Notes under the pieces: generated by a model
What the model saw: the letters and a program-made list of their open reading frames with translations, nothing else
What the model was told of the DNA's origin: nothing
Database searches by the model: none
Shown here: one piece after another, positions 14,101 to 28,000 of the stretch
How the letters are laid out: each line of letters opens with the position of its first letter
Numbering within the stretch: the stretch's first letter is position 1
Assembly (NCBI RefSeq): GCF_001194135.2
Contig: NC_068989.1
Span: 714,057 to 778,056 of the forward strand
Direction: 5' to 3'
DNA: 64,000 bases
DNA from: Octopus bimaculoides
Taxonomy: Eukaryota
Program-made: the position numbers and the translations under genes

Positions 14101-15985
14101 ATATTAATTGAACTTTTATTCGGTTAATATACTTTTAAACTCATTTTAATTGTTGCAACTATCAGCAATTCCATTTGATTTTAGATAATGTGGAGGTGTT
14201 TTCGTATGTTTCTATTCATACTTAATCTATTGCTGGGAAAGTCACAGCAATTGCCAGACACTGCCTCCAGATCATCATTCCTGCCAAACACAATTCTAAT
14301 TCCTGCCAAACTGTTCTGGTTCTTTATTCCTCACTCTTATACTTTACACATTTCATTAATAAATCCTGTTTCAGTATGTAATTTTTCAGAAGTATTTATA
14401 GTCACAATGGACTGTTACACTATTTCTATTTAGTTTAAATGTTTTAAACTATTTACTATATATTGAGATAGTAAATAGTGTTATTTCAACATTCATTTTA
14501 TGATGTTGCATCAAACAGCCTTGGCCCCTGATTTCTCACACCAAGCTCCAAGAAGGGGATTCATCATCATCATGACCATGATTTAACATCTGTTTTCTGT
14601 GCTGTCATGGGTTGGATGGGTTGACAGGAGCTGGCAAGGCCATGAGCCACATCAGGTCCCATTGTCTGTTTTGGCATGCTTTCTACGGCTGGATGCCCTT
14701 CCTAATGCCAACCACTTTACAGAGTGGATTGGGTGCTTTTTTACATGGCACCAGAATCCAGAGGATCACCAAATACCTTACAAGACAAAAAACCCCTCAA
14801 CTGGGAGAGAGTAGTATTGAGGGTATGTAACTTTGTGCCAGTTGGAGAAATTAAAAGTACAGAGGGACAGAGATAGGGGTCTTGTAGAGTAAGAAAAGAA
14901 AGAGTGGGAGCAATGATGTGTCAGGACATACCCTTGAGGGACATTGGGTGTGGTGAGATTAGGTGAGGCGATACAGAAGTTTGGACTGGGTGAGTGAGTA
15001 GGATTGAGGGGGACTGTAGCAAATGATAGAAAGAAATATATAGGAGAGGGGGTTTGCAGTAGATATCTGAGGACATTGAGGTGTTAATGATGGGGAACAG
15101 GATGGGGGGAAAAGAAAGGTAACTGAGCAGGTCAGGGGATGTAGTACTGTGGTTATTCTGCTCTCAGGTGATGGAGGAAATGATGAGTGTTACTAATTAG
15201 ATGTGTTCATACTTATTCGTAAATGAATGTAGTAAGTCTGTGCAATGATACACATATCCAGTATCTTTACATCTGTACACCCAACCTTCCATATTCTTAC
15301 CCATCTGTTTTTCCTTATATGCATGCATCCATCCTTCAAGTTTTATAGCCATTGGTCCTTTCGGTTCCAACTTGGTCATTCATGCATGTAAATAATGAGA
15401 ATTGAATTTTAAATTAATTTTAAACTATTATCCATTGCTTTGTCTTTCAGATTGGTTCTGCTAAGGGAAAACTGAAGAATTTTGTGATTGAACCCTTTAT
15501 TTCTCACAACCAGGTACATTGTTTTTGATATTTTATAATTTCCTTATTGTTATCACATGTTTGTTTCATTCTAGAAATCGTTACACGACTAATTATGGGA
15601 TTTATTATTAACAACTTTATATTAAACAACTAACTGTTGCTTATTCACAGCCTATCAGCTGTTCCTGGTGGACAAAGTTGATCAAGGGTTGAAAATTATT
15701 GTGTCTGTGTTTGTCCCTAGCACTGCTTGACAACTGGTGTTGGTATGTTTACATCCCTATAACATATCAGCTTGGCAAAAGAGACCAATAGAACAAGTAC
15801 TGGGTTTTAAAAAAAAGGTCAATTCGTTTGACTAAAATTTGTTCAAGGTGGTGCTCCAGCATGGCCACAGTCTGACTGAACCAAGTAAATGATAAAAGAT
15901 ATCTAGATATTTATATGTATGCATTGTGGAATATGGCCCTGGTGGAAAGAAACTGAACTTACAAACTTTTATTTCCCTAGTCCAT

Positions 15986-16024
<39 letters not shown>

Positions 16025-19000
16025 TACATGTTTATTGACTTAAGCAATGCGTAATGTCCTATTTCATTAGAAACAGCCATCTTGACTGAAGTTGGTGCTC
16101 AACTTACAGATTGCTTTCTCAGATAGTGTTATATGGACTTCATCTTTTATTTATTGCTATTTGTTGTGTAGTTGTTTGTTGTCTTTTATGAAACTTAAAT
16201 CTCATTGAACATGGTTGCCGGTTTAACTCTAAACACATTCTGCTTTCTCAGTTTAATTACTTCATTTTTGATTAGAACTTCTCCATGTTTTGGGATTCTG
16301 ATATTCGATAACTTTCATAAAATTAACTTATACAAATAATTCCAGCTAAGAAATATTTACTTATATACATGTTGGGTGTGAAATTATGATGTATAATACG
16401 TTTTCCATGAATAATGAGGCTATTTATTGTCTAAGCGTGAAGTTAGTTTGTGAAATCGAATAACCTTGTGTATCAGTTTACAGGTTTGTGCCATTTAGCC
16501 TCAGACTTCATTGCAATATGACCTGTCAAGGATTTGGACCTCTTTGACACTACCAAGTGTTTGATGGCTATCTCTGAATTAGAGGTCTCTAAATAAATTG
16601 CGACTACTCAATATTAACAAGCATTGTTTATATATTCATGGCAGATTTTTAATTCAGAATTGTGATATAGTGGCAAGGAGTTTAGTTTTGAATGAGAGAT
16701 AGAAATGCAGAATAGAGTTTGCTTTTTCCTTTTGCTACTTTTTTCTGTATCAAGTGACACTGGTCCTATTGTTGAAGTCATTGGAGAAGGGATCAGGCTG
16801 TTACCAAATGGTGATTCCATGAAAATTTTCTTAAAATATGTTTTAAACAATATATTAACTTGTCTTTATTTTTCAGAATTACTCGATATATATTTAGGAT
16901 TTAATTTAATATTTTATTTTAAAGGCTGAAGAATATTATGTGTGCATTTACTCCCAACGCTATGAGAATGTTATCCTATTTCATCATGAAGGTGGTATCG
17001 ATATTGGAGATGTTGATGCTAAGGTAAATGTTCTTTATTGTCAATTATAGTTTGTCACAGTAATGTATCTGTTCGTTACATTTCTGTCCTCTTTCACTGT
17101 AATTCATTGCAATTCTACTATTCTTTGTGAGATGCATATCTTCCTCCCTTATCTCGAACTCACCTCTACTCCTTTGATTAGGTTCTAGTTTCATTCTAAA
17201 AAGTGGAGTTTACACACAAACACAAGCTAGTACTTAAACATCAATGACAAAGCCTTCCACTTTGGTTCTATTTAAATAGATGGGAGATGTTTTCACATTT
17301 GCTCAAACTACTCCAAGCATCAGCAGTTGTTTCATTACCTCTCATCTTGCTTTGAGTGTATTTGTCTCAGTTTACTTTTCTCTGAAGTCATCATCACCAA
17401 AGACCTCAGTGAACACAGAGATGCATTTGGCACTTTCACATCCTGTACCAACATGACTGGTGCATCAGTTCCTTCAACTATTTCTCACTTCTCAACCCAA
17501 CCACTCCATTTTCTTTCTCTAATCCTCTCATCCCTCTCTTACTTTTGAGGCTGAAGATGTTGAATGAGGAGAATGAATGGAATGGTAACCTAGAGGTCAT
17601 CCAGTTGTAGGAGTAGGAGAGGAGGAGGAAGTTGGAGAAGTGGTAAGAGTAATGAAGGGTGGAATTGCAAGAGTTGTGGGAGGATTATGATGGAAGTTGA
17701 AATGTGAAGAAAAGGACAAAGATTTGTAGGGTGTTGGTGAAAGAGGATGCTATTCCTCTCTTCAGATTGGATGGCAAGGATGGCAGTCCCCTGGGTTATG
17801 GCTCGTTTAGAGTAATTAATATATTGGAGCATCAAAATGAAGTTAATGGAAAAGGATAGAACAGAAAGTAATATCAAAGAAATGCAGTTTGGATTTTATG
17901 TCTGGAAGGACAAGAGAGAAAATGAAGAAATTGTTTTGGGGGTCTGTTGATATAGAGAAAGACTTTGGTAAGGTTTCTAGCGAAATGGTGTGTATTGGGA
18001 GAGTTAGCAATGAAGGCCGAGTTGCAAAGGTTGCTCTTTGTTTCTTAAAACCACACCCTCCTCTCTTCAATATTGTGGCATTTACAAGAAATTACTTTAA
18101 AAAAGAAAAGACCTGAAATTTGTGTACACCATTAATGACACTTGTTTTCATTTCAAAATGTTTTGATAAACTCCAGGAAACATTTTATTATATAACTAGG
18201 CAAGACGACTGGAGATGGCCCCTGCCGATCCTATCAAGGCAGACATGGTTGCATCACTACTTGTTCGTGTTCCTGCAGATCTCAAAGAGTAAGTATGGAA
18301 GGATGATTTTCTTTGTAAGAAAATAAAATTGATAATATTGTTTAGATTGACTGACTCCCTTATTATAACCATACCAGAATTTAAGGGTTACTGATAGAGT
18401 TAATGGAGGATACTGGAAGCCTGCAAATCACAAATTGTTTTAGAATTTATGTAGCTATTTTTATCGTGTGTGTGTGTGTGTGTGTGTAAAGCATGCAGAG
18501 TGAAGCCACTTGGTACATATTGACTGTGAACTCTGCTCTGCATGTGCACCATGTTTTAACGTTGTAGCTCACTTCTGCTGTTTACAGCAGTGCTTGGAAG
18601 GAAGGTGTGTAGCGTGTGATCATCGCATTATGCATAACAGAGGAAGTTGAGTAGAGAATTTGCATCAAATTTTGCCAAAAGCTTGGTGATACCTGCTCAG
18701 AGGCCTACATAAAGTTTTCAAAAAGTTCTCATTGTTCTTGACACAATCAAGGAGATCTTGTGCGACTGAAATCCGAGTGTCTTTTTAGTTAGCTAAATGT
18801 AGTTTTGGCACAAACTTGGCAGACACACGTCTCGTACCCAAATCTTCAGTGATAATGGACTGAACTGAACCGTAACTAATCTGCACCTCCTCTGATAACT
18901 CATGGATGGTGATCTGATGATTTCCCCTCACAGCTGCACACACATCTGCAATGTTTTTTCCCCAGTTCTGCTGGTTTCGGGTCTCCCAGAATGTTTGTCA

Positions 19001-22000
19001 ATATCAACATTTTTGCAGCCATCTTGGAAATGTCTGAACCACTCGTACACTTGTGTGCATCTCATACATTCCTCTTCATACACTTTCTGAACAGTTATTG
19101 CCATGACAACTTTCTCTGTCATGGTCAATGTGATGATCACATGCTACACACCTTCCTTCCAAGCACTGCTGTAAACAGCAGAAGTGAGCTAGAATGTTAA
19201 AACTTAGTGCACATGCACAGCAAAGTCAATCTTTGCCAAGCAGCTTCACTCTGTGTACTTTAGCTTCGTTACTATGGCAACAATCTGGATACTTATTCAT
19301 CAAGCCTCATATGAGTGAGAGGGAGAGAGAGATCTACCTTCCCAGTATTTTAGAGTGCACAGTTTAATGGTGGGGCTGAGAGAAAGATTAAAGCAGCAAA
19401 AATAATTGTGAGTGATATTTATTTGAATGAAGTTCTTGTTAGCCTCTAAATTAGTTGGGATTATAATGAAATATTCTAATTAACTCTTAGAGAAACCAGA
19501 GTTATTTATTAGTTTGTTTCAATATAATTACTTTGTTTTTTGTAAATCTCATCTTGAGTGAAGTACTGTTGCTGTTGTCATATTTATTTGTTGATAAACT
19601 TTTCTAAAATTTCTATTCTCTCAGCATCCTCTCTCGTTTCATTTCTGCTCTGTATAACCAGTATCAGGATTTGCATTTCACTTACCTAGAAATCAACCCT
19701 TTGGGTAAGTCTTCTTTCTCTTAATTCTTAAGAGTGAAATCAGAGATTTTAGCAAATAAAAGACGAGACCAATTAGTTTCTGTTGTTGTTTAGCCCCAAG
19801 TCGATCTTGATCATTCAGGCCTAGTTTTTTTTTTTTATTTATTTATTCAGGATGACATTGCTCTACAAGTGCCTTTTGAATAAGGTAGGGTGTGATTTGA
19901 AAGGAACTTGACTATTATTTCTAGCAAGTCAAGTGACCATATAGAGGCTTCCTTATTGGCTGATATGCAGTCTTTTTGATTCAAATACAAAATCTCTGAC
20001 TTTGCTCTTCATTTTCTGGTGGTTCATTAAAATAAATACTATTGATAGCTGAGAATTGGTGGCGCTCAGACACCGTCATCACTGTCTTGAGGAATTTTTA
20101 GTCAAATGAATCGACTCCTTATGGCTGGTTCATAGGGTTACCCAGAGTTTTGTGTCCATAAAGCGCTCAGCTTTACGCACATCTTGTTAGACCCTAATGG
20201 CTGGTGGCCTATAAATTGCAGGGACAAAAGGCCTTGTGGCTAGTTTTCAAAGGTGAAGCACAATGGATTTCTCCCTTAGACCAGTATCCGGAATCCACCC
20301 GGTCAGCTTGCAGGTCCCAGGATTTCAGTAGGAATTGTCTGAAGTGTAAACAAGGTCCAAAGACTTCCGTCCTGGAGTTTAATATGCTCCCCAGGTTGAG
20401 GGAGTTTTTTAATACCCTTGCCTGTTTTGTTATGCACAGCTTGCAGCATTTGCTCTCATTGATGTAGGAACCTGGTTTTCTAGAATTTTCCATGTGATTT
20501 CAGGTGCCACACATGGCTGGCCAAGGACGTGGCATAACTTCTATCCAGATAGTGATCTATGGGAGACAGTCCCTTGCACTTGACCTTTCTTCTTTGTGTT
20601 TAAAAATTAGCCACGAAGCCTTTTCCCCCTTCCAATTTGAAGAGAGGTTATGGGCCACCGGCCATTAGGGTCTGATGATGTGTGTGTAAAGCTAAATACT
20701 TTATGGACACAAAGCCCTGGCTAATCCTATGAACCAGCCATAACTAACATTCTCTAAATACTCTACTGCTCTATAATTTAGAGTGTACTTTTCTTTCGAA
20801 TTTATGTTTTACTGACAATATATATATATATATATATGAAAATAAAGGCATCCATATAGTCTGCATCACAAGGTATTGATTCACCTGAGGCTGCAGTAAA
20901 AGACATTTCTCCAACAAAACAAAAAGTGAATGAAAGCTAAAATTATGTGACTGCCAAGTGAACTCTTCGACCATTCAGCCTGAATACCATAAAAACATGT
21001 ACGAATATTATTAAACAGAAATTATGAGCAAGGAGCCCGGATGACAGTATTTTCTATTACATTAAAAGTTATTTGTAATTATGAAATGCTGTGATGTATT
21101 TTCTCCTCATATATACTTCCTCAGTGATAAAGTTATGTTAATATTAGTATAGATTAATGAGATTTATAGTATAACACTCACCATAAGAAATACAAATGGT
21201 TCGTAGTCTGAAAATGTCTTCATCAAATGAAGTTTTTTTTATATTTTGTTTAGTTGTGACCAATGGCAAAGTTTTCATCCTTGACTTAGCTGCCAAGATT
21301 GATCAGTGTGCAGAATTTTTGTGTAAAGCAAAATGGGGTGATGTAATGGAATTTCCACCCCCTTTTGGCCGGGATGCTTTGCCAGAGGTAAGTTTTTTTT
21401 AAGTTTGGGAAACTCTGAAGTTCCTAGGGAGCTCTACATGGTGCCCACTTTCAATTTCCATTTTATTTCTTTTTTACTATTTCAATTCTTTTATTTCACT
21501 GGTTTTGACCCCAGTTTTTAGTCTAGTACTCATTTTATCTGATGACTATTCCCCGAGAGAATAACAAGGAATTTACACCAATTCACTCAAAAGTACACAT
21601 GCATGCGTTCACATGACAGGCTTTTGCACAGTTTCCATCAACCAAGTTTCAGCCACAAGTTTCCTTTCAAACCAAAACTAAAGTACAAGATATTGACTCA
21701 AGTTTCTGCTGAGTGGAACCAAATGTAGAATTATATAGTTGTGAGGTCAACTTATTAGCCATAGAACCATTGCTAAATTTGAGAACAGCAAAAATAGAAG
21801 ACAACCTGATTTCTCTATTCCCGAAATCCCTCTGAAACTTTGTGTAAATGTGAGGAGCAAGTATTTACTTTTGTGAACAGGTTTATGTTGTTGTACCTAT
21901 TGTACACAACTAAGTGAATTGTGGTATGTTGGATAGTGTTCAACTCAGTGGCTCAGCAAACTACTTGTTGTGGATACCATGGTTCATAACCAAAGAGTAA

Positions 22001-25000
22001 AGTACCTCATGCACTTTGTCATTTTCAACTGTTTAATGTTCTATTTATGCAACAAGGCTATTCTCATTAAATTACATTTTATGACTCCTATTTTTGATAC
22101 AATAAATCTGAATTTTGCAATTATTAGATCAGCTTTTAAAAATTTCTAACCCTAACCCTATCTTTAAAATTAAATTTTGTGATTATGTTGTATTAACTTA
22201 TTGTCATTAACTCCTCTTCAACTCCTAATATGAAAACCTCCCATTTCATGACATTATCTTGCAAATATTTACTGTTTTACACTGGCATCCTCCATTTAAA
22301 ATTGACTCTGATATTTTCTTATTTCTTCTCTTTAGGAAGCTTATATTGCTGATCTTGATGCCAAGAGTGGAGCATCTCTTAAACTAACGATTCTCAATAA
22401 AGTAGGCCGGATTTGGACAATGGTTGCTGGAGGAGGTGCTTCTGTTATCTATGCGTAAGTTATTTGTTGTTTTATGTGATACAGCTTAATGTTTCCAAAC
22501 AAAATTGTTATTATTGTTATAGTCTTATATTTATCATTTTATAGAGATTTACTTAAAAATGAACTGCAGTCTTGAGTTAGGAGTTGTAATTTTCCATCAG
22601 AATGAAATACTGAATGCCTCTTGAAGCAACCGTAAAAAATGCAGATAAGAAATAACAGAAATAGTTTCATGAATAAGAGTTATGGTTTGATCTCCTATTA
22701 AAAAATGCTGATAATCAATTATTAAAAATTAATTGTGATGAAATATATTGTGACTGATATTTTTATAAAACATTACACTAGTTTGATAAAGAATGTGGTA
22801 TTTGCTACAACCAAGAATTGTTGAACTCCTTCTAAATTCCAATTCTATGTTGGACAACTTTTAAATATTTTCTTGATGCTTGCCTTCTTTCAGCGATACT
22901 ATTTGTGATCTGGGAGGAGCATCAGAGCTGGCTAACTATGGAGAATATTCAGGAGCCCCCAGTGAAATGCAAACCTATGAATATGCCAAAACTATTCTTA
23001 GTCTCATGACAGAGACCAAGCATAAAGAGGGTAAGTTCAATGATGCTTCTCTTGTAATCGCATCTATTCAAAGAAACTTTCAAAGTTAAAAGATTTCAAT
23101 AATTTCATAAATGAAAAAATCAGTCACAGTGTCTGCATATAATGTGTTCCTTCAGTTCCTTCATGCTTGAATAATTTTGGAAATTAAACCATAATTGTGT
23201 CTAATGTTGTACAGTAGTAATAACAGCCGAGCTCAGTGATTGAGAGGCTTGTTAAACTATATATTAGACATGAACGAGGGGAGATAACTGGTGCCTGAAT
23301 ATGCCCCACCCAAACAAATTAAAAGCAGACTGACTTGAGAATATTATATGGAATTGGTAATCTAATACCAATATCGCATCAGCACTTCTGTCAGCCACTG
23401 GATGTGTTTGATCGAATTCTTTTTGAGCTGCATCAGAATCTTTTAAACTTTTCAACATTCCATCAATTGTAAGTAATCCATGCCTGTGTTGCAAAAATCA
23501 TTGCTGAAACAATTGGAAATACTTGGCCCAACGCCCAAAGAAACTGGATTTTGATGTGGAGTTTGCCAATTACCGTTATATTGGGAAATCGGTAAAGTGC
23601 CAACTCTAAAGTTTCCGGTAAACTGAACACATCCTCCATTTAGTTAAACCTGAGTTTTTAGAACCAAAACTGTTTCTACTTTAAGGAATACCATAAACTT
23701 TACAGAAGTACTCCAGGTTTAATTTTTCTTGATCAATTGATAATTATTAGTTCTTAATAAATAAGATTAGTACTAGTTAGAGGAAATGCCATAAGTTTAT
23801 ATTGTATCAGAATGTAATTCTACTCTTGACACCAGCATTTAAGATTTATTTAGCAAGTAGTACATATTTTTGAATATTGAAATAGTTACTTTTGTTTAGT
23901 CTGTATCCGTGCTGGAAGACAAAAAATACTAACAGCCGGCTTGTGTGAATTTTCTGAAACTCCTCCCCTCGGCCCTTGGGGAAAAATTTTCCCAACAAAT
24001 TCTGATATTTATCAGAATCCACACTATGTGAAGCATATTTGTAGAAAATTTCATTAAAAGTATCTATTTTTGTGAAAGTGAAGTGAAGTGGGGTGGACAC
24101 ATCTGTGTAGGTATGTTTACCTCTTTGTAACACAATAAAGTGTTTTCCTAACCATTCATTGTGGATAAACATCCGATGGTGAAATGAACAGAACAACAAA
24201 TAGAAACTTGTGTTTATCATAATTTTCTTCTTTATTATTTATAATTATTTTCTTGCAGGCAAAATTCTTATTATTGGTGGTGGTATTGCTAATTTCACTA
24301 ATGTTGCGACAACATTCAAGGTTTGTATCTCAACATTGTTAATTTCATTTGATGATCGTATAAGATATAATTTATTGATTCAGAATTAAAGTTTCAAAAA
24401 TCAATTCTTCAGCAATTTTTGTATAAAATATAAAATTACTTTGCTGTAGTTGTACTGCTGCTATTCATTTTCTGCTATGCATAAAATTGAGATGTGCAAA
24501 TCGAAAAATGTTTCTTTGTTGGGATTTGAATCCAGGCCATGTTTGGGTAAAAGCTATTAAAGACTGAACATTTTCTAATCTTCAGTTGATTTTCAATGAT
24601 GGTTTCAACATAAATTTGTGTGAGTGAAGAGGTGAGAGAATGGGAGAGATTATAACGTAATAAAAACAATCCTGATGACCCTCAGTTGTTTAATCTATTT
24701 TTTTCATTTTATCATAAGCAATCACCAACCTTTTGAGAAACATTTTGTAAGATGTTTTATCTGTATTTCAATGGCAGTTTATATCTTAACACCAATGTTA
24801 TTTGTGGCCATGGCACTTGGCTCTAAACAGCCAAGTCCATGTTTCTCTAAATAGGTGCAGTGAAACAGATTGGTTTATTACTGTTGTGAAGCTGATTCAT
24901 TATCTTGTAGAGCAAAGTTAAATTCTTCCTCTCTGTAATAGATTTCTATTGAAGCCAAACTAAGATTTCTCTTTCTTAATGCCGTAAAGATAAGCATCAG

Positions 25001-28000
25001 CTTTGAAAATTCTTGTGATTCTGGAAAGAATTTGCATTAAAAATGGGGTAAAATGACCAAGAAATGGTTCATTTAATCCTTAAATTCCACCAAATCAGTG
25101 ATTTAGTATAATCATTAATTTGTTCACTTATGATTTTTTAGTCTAAATTGCATTTCTTAATCTTGAATGCTACTTATAAAGTACTAATTTTGCAACCAAC
25201 TTTCGCACCTCATGTGACTAATTTTCTCCATTTTTAACAACATATTAAACTGAACTTTATTGTCTTGACTTTGTAGGGAATTGTACGAGCTCTAAGAGAA
25301 TATCAGCAGAGATTGATCGAACACAATGTCTCCATCTATGTTCGACGTGGTGGACCTAACTACCAGGAAGGGTTGCGTATCATGAAAGAACTTGGCAAGT
25401 TATAACTCTGTACTAGCTCTGTCTTTGAGATGTGTTTTGTGGCTGTATGATTAAGAGGTTCACTTCTCCATCGACCACGTAGCTTCAAGTTCAGTCCTAC
25501 TGAATGGCACCTGGGGCAAGTGACTTCTATGATAGCCTAAGCCTACCAATGCCTTGTGAGGGAAACTGAAAGAAGCTCGTCATGTGTAATATCATTGTCA
25601 TAATCATTTCAAGGATGATTGGAAACAAGGGATGCTTGCTTGAATGAGAGTGATGCTTATTTACAACAATTGTGCAGTATCATGTGTACTCAACACTGGC
25701 CCCCCTCCACTTTCACCAATGGTTTATAGTCATGAGACATAACTTCACTAAATCTACCATTGTATACATAAATACATTTTGTAAATTCTTTTATCTTTTA
25801 ATTTTATTCTTAAGTACAAAAACAAAATTGACTTATTTCTTTAAATTTGTATTATTTTTTTTACAATTCTTTTGTTTCCTTTTTTTTTTTCAAGGTTCCA
25901 CACTTGGGGTTCCGATCCATGTTTATGGTCCTGAAACTCATATGACTGCCATTGTTAGCATGGCACTTGGCAAGAAAGACATTCCAACCACTCCACAACC
26001 TGTGCAAACTACTGCTAACTTTTTACTTCCAGGAGGGACAGTGAGTTTGTCTTTGTTTTTAATGGTTACCAACTATTTTAGTTCTCTTTTCTGTATAGTT
26101 TCCTCAGAGGAGGAAGGACAGCATCCATGAGCCCATGTCAGAGACCTGGACTGCGCTAGTAGATCCTTATGAATTCTTTTCTGAGGTGCCTATAAAAAAA
26201 AGGTACCACGTGATTAAGAACTGTCAAAAGGGTACCATATACTAGATGAGTGTAAAATAGGTACCATATTATACAGAATGGTAAAATGCATACCATGTGA
26301 TAGAGGACTGTAAATAGATTATGTGTAATAGAGATCTGTGAAATATCATCATCATCATCATCTAATATCTGCTTCCCATGCTGGCATGGATTGAATGGTT
26401 TGCCATTGTCTGTGAAGTAGTTGGAAGGGCATCAGGCTGTAGAAACCATGCCAGAACAGAGTGTACTGGGTTCTTTTTATGTTACATGGCACCTGTGTGA
26501 GTCCCAGTTGAGAAAAATGTTTTGAGTAATTTAAAATATGACCATCTGGAATTGTAAGAAAGAACTGTATGGAGAATTAGAATTGATTCTGCATAGCCAT
26601 TACTTAATAGACGTGCAGTATATCATCATCATATGTCCGTTTTTCATGCTGGCATGGGTTGGACGGTTTGACAGGATCTGGCCTGGCTGCATGTCTGTCT
26701 TGGCATGGTTTCTATGGCTAGATGTCCTTCCTAACACCAACCACATTACAGAGTGGACCGGTGCTTTTTATGTGACACTGGCACGGGGCACTTTTACATG
26801 GCACCAGCACCCATGAGCCTGTAAGATTAGGATCACTCAGCTGAAGAAGTATGTAACTTGGAATGCCGAGTTAAAATCCTCCATAACTGTGGTAAAATAT
26901 TTCATTTTAAAAACAAAACAGCTCCAAAACATTTTAGATTTATTAAACAAACAAACTACTACTGCAATTAGATTGTGGGTGATTGAGAACAGCTATGTAA
27001 GCCATGTGTATTTTTATATACATTTTTTCATGTTTGTAAGTATTGTTCCAGACGAATGTATGTTCACAACTTGATTACTGAACCAGTTCCACCTATTAAC
27101 TTTCAAATTTGTTTTAAATGGTTTTATTCCAGCCTCTGATATTTCACTGCCATTATACAATCCCACATCAAACAAATACAAGTCCAACATTATTCTATAT
27201 TTCTCTTTTATTTTTGTATTTTCTATTTGTTTTCATTTTTCAATTAATTATATTTTTGTTTTTCCTTTCAGAACATGCAGGTAATCCTTGCAGCTCCGCC
27301 TTCTCCCCCTCCCCTTTCTTTCTCTATTGGACACAGTAGCAAGCATGATTCCATTGCAATTCTCTTCGTTTCTTTTAGCTTCTGTCTCTCCCATGTTTAT
27401 GCTACTCTGCACTTCTATATTCATGATTGTGTTAGTGGTGTTGATGTTGTGATAAGTATCCCTGGTTTCTCTTCTCCATGGAATATCGATTATACAGAGA
27501 CACTTGACCTGAAGTATTGCGTGCGCACACGTGTGTGTGTGTGTCAGTTGGTAAATGTTCTGACTATTCTAAACACATTAGCTTTGAAAATTAAATAAAA
27601 CTGCTTCAAAGTGGAATGGAAGTCGGTAGATCTGGCTAGCCAGATGCTTATTTTTGTTCTCTACCTCTGATTACCATTTTAAATGGAGCTGTTTGCAGTA
27701 CCTGGGTGTCTCATCATCATCATCATCATCATTCAACGTATGTCTTCCATGCTGGTATGGGTCGGATGATTTAAGAGGAGCTGGAAAGCCTGAGGACTGC
27801 ACCAAACACCACTGTCTGTTTTGGCATAGTTTTTACAGCTGGAATGCCTTTCCTAATGCCAACCACTTTACAGAGTGGACTGTGTGCTTTTTACATGTCA
27901 CCAAGTAACTTGCCAGATCCTTTGAGGGGCAGCCAATTTTTAGCTTATGTTAACTGACAGGTATTAGTAAAAAAACTTATGCAAGACTTCTACACTGCTT

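Noticed and set aside
14860-15190. Strong purine or pyrimidine strand-skew tracts (also about 5560-6180 and 17540-17900)
   Set aside because: Low-complexity sequence that is common throughout this window, with no structure beyond composition.
23846-24220. 124-aa antisense ORF in ACLY intron 9
   Set aside because: It overlaps a copy of the palindromic repeat seen at 59571-59650 and has no recognisable domain.
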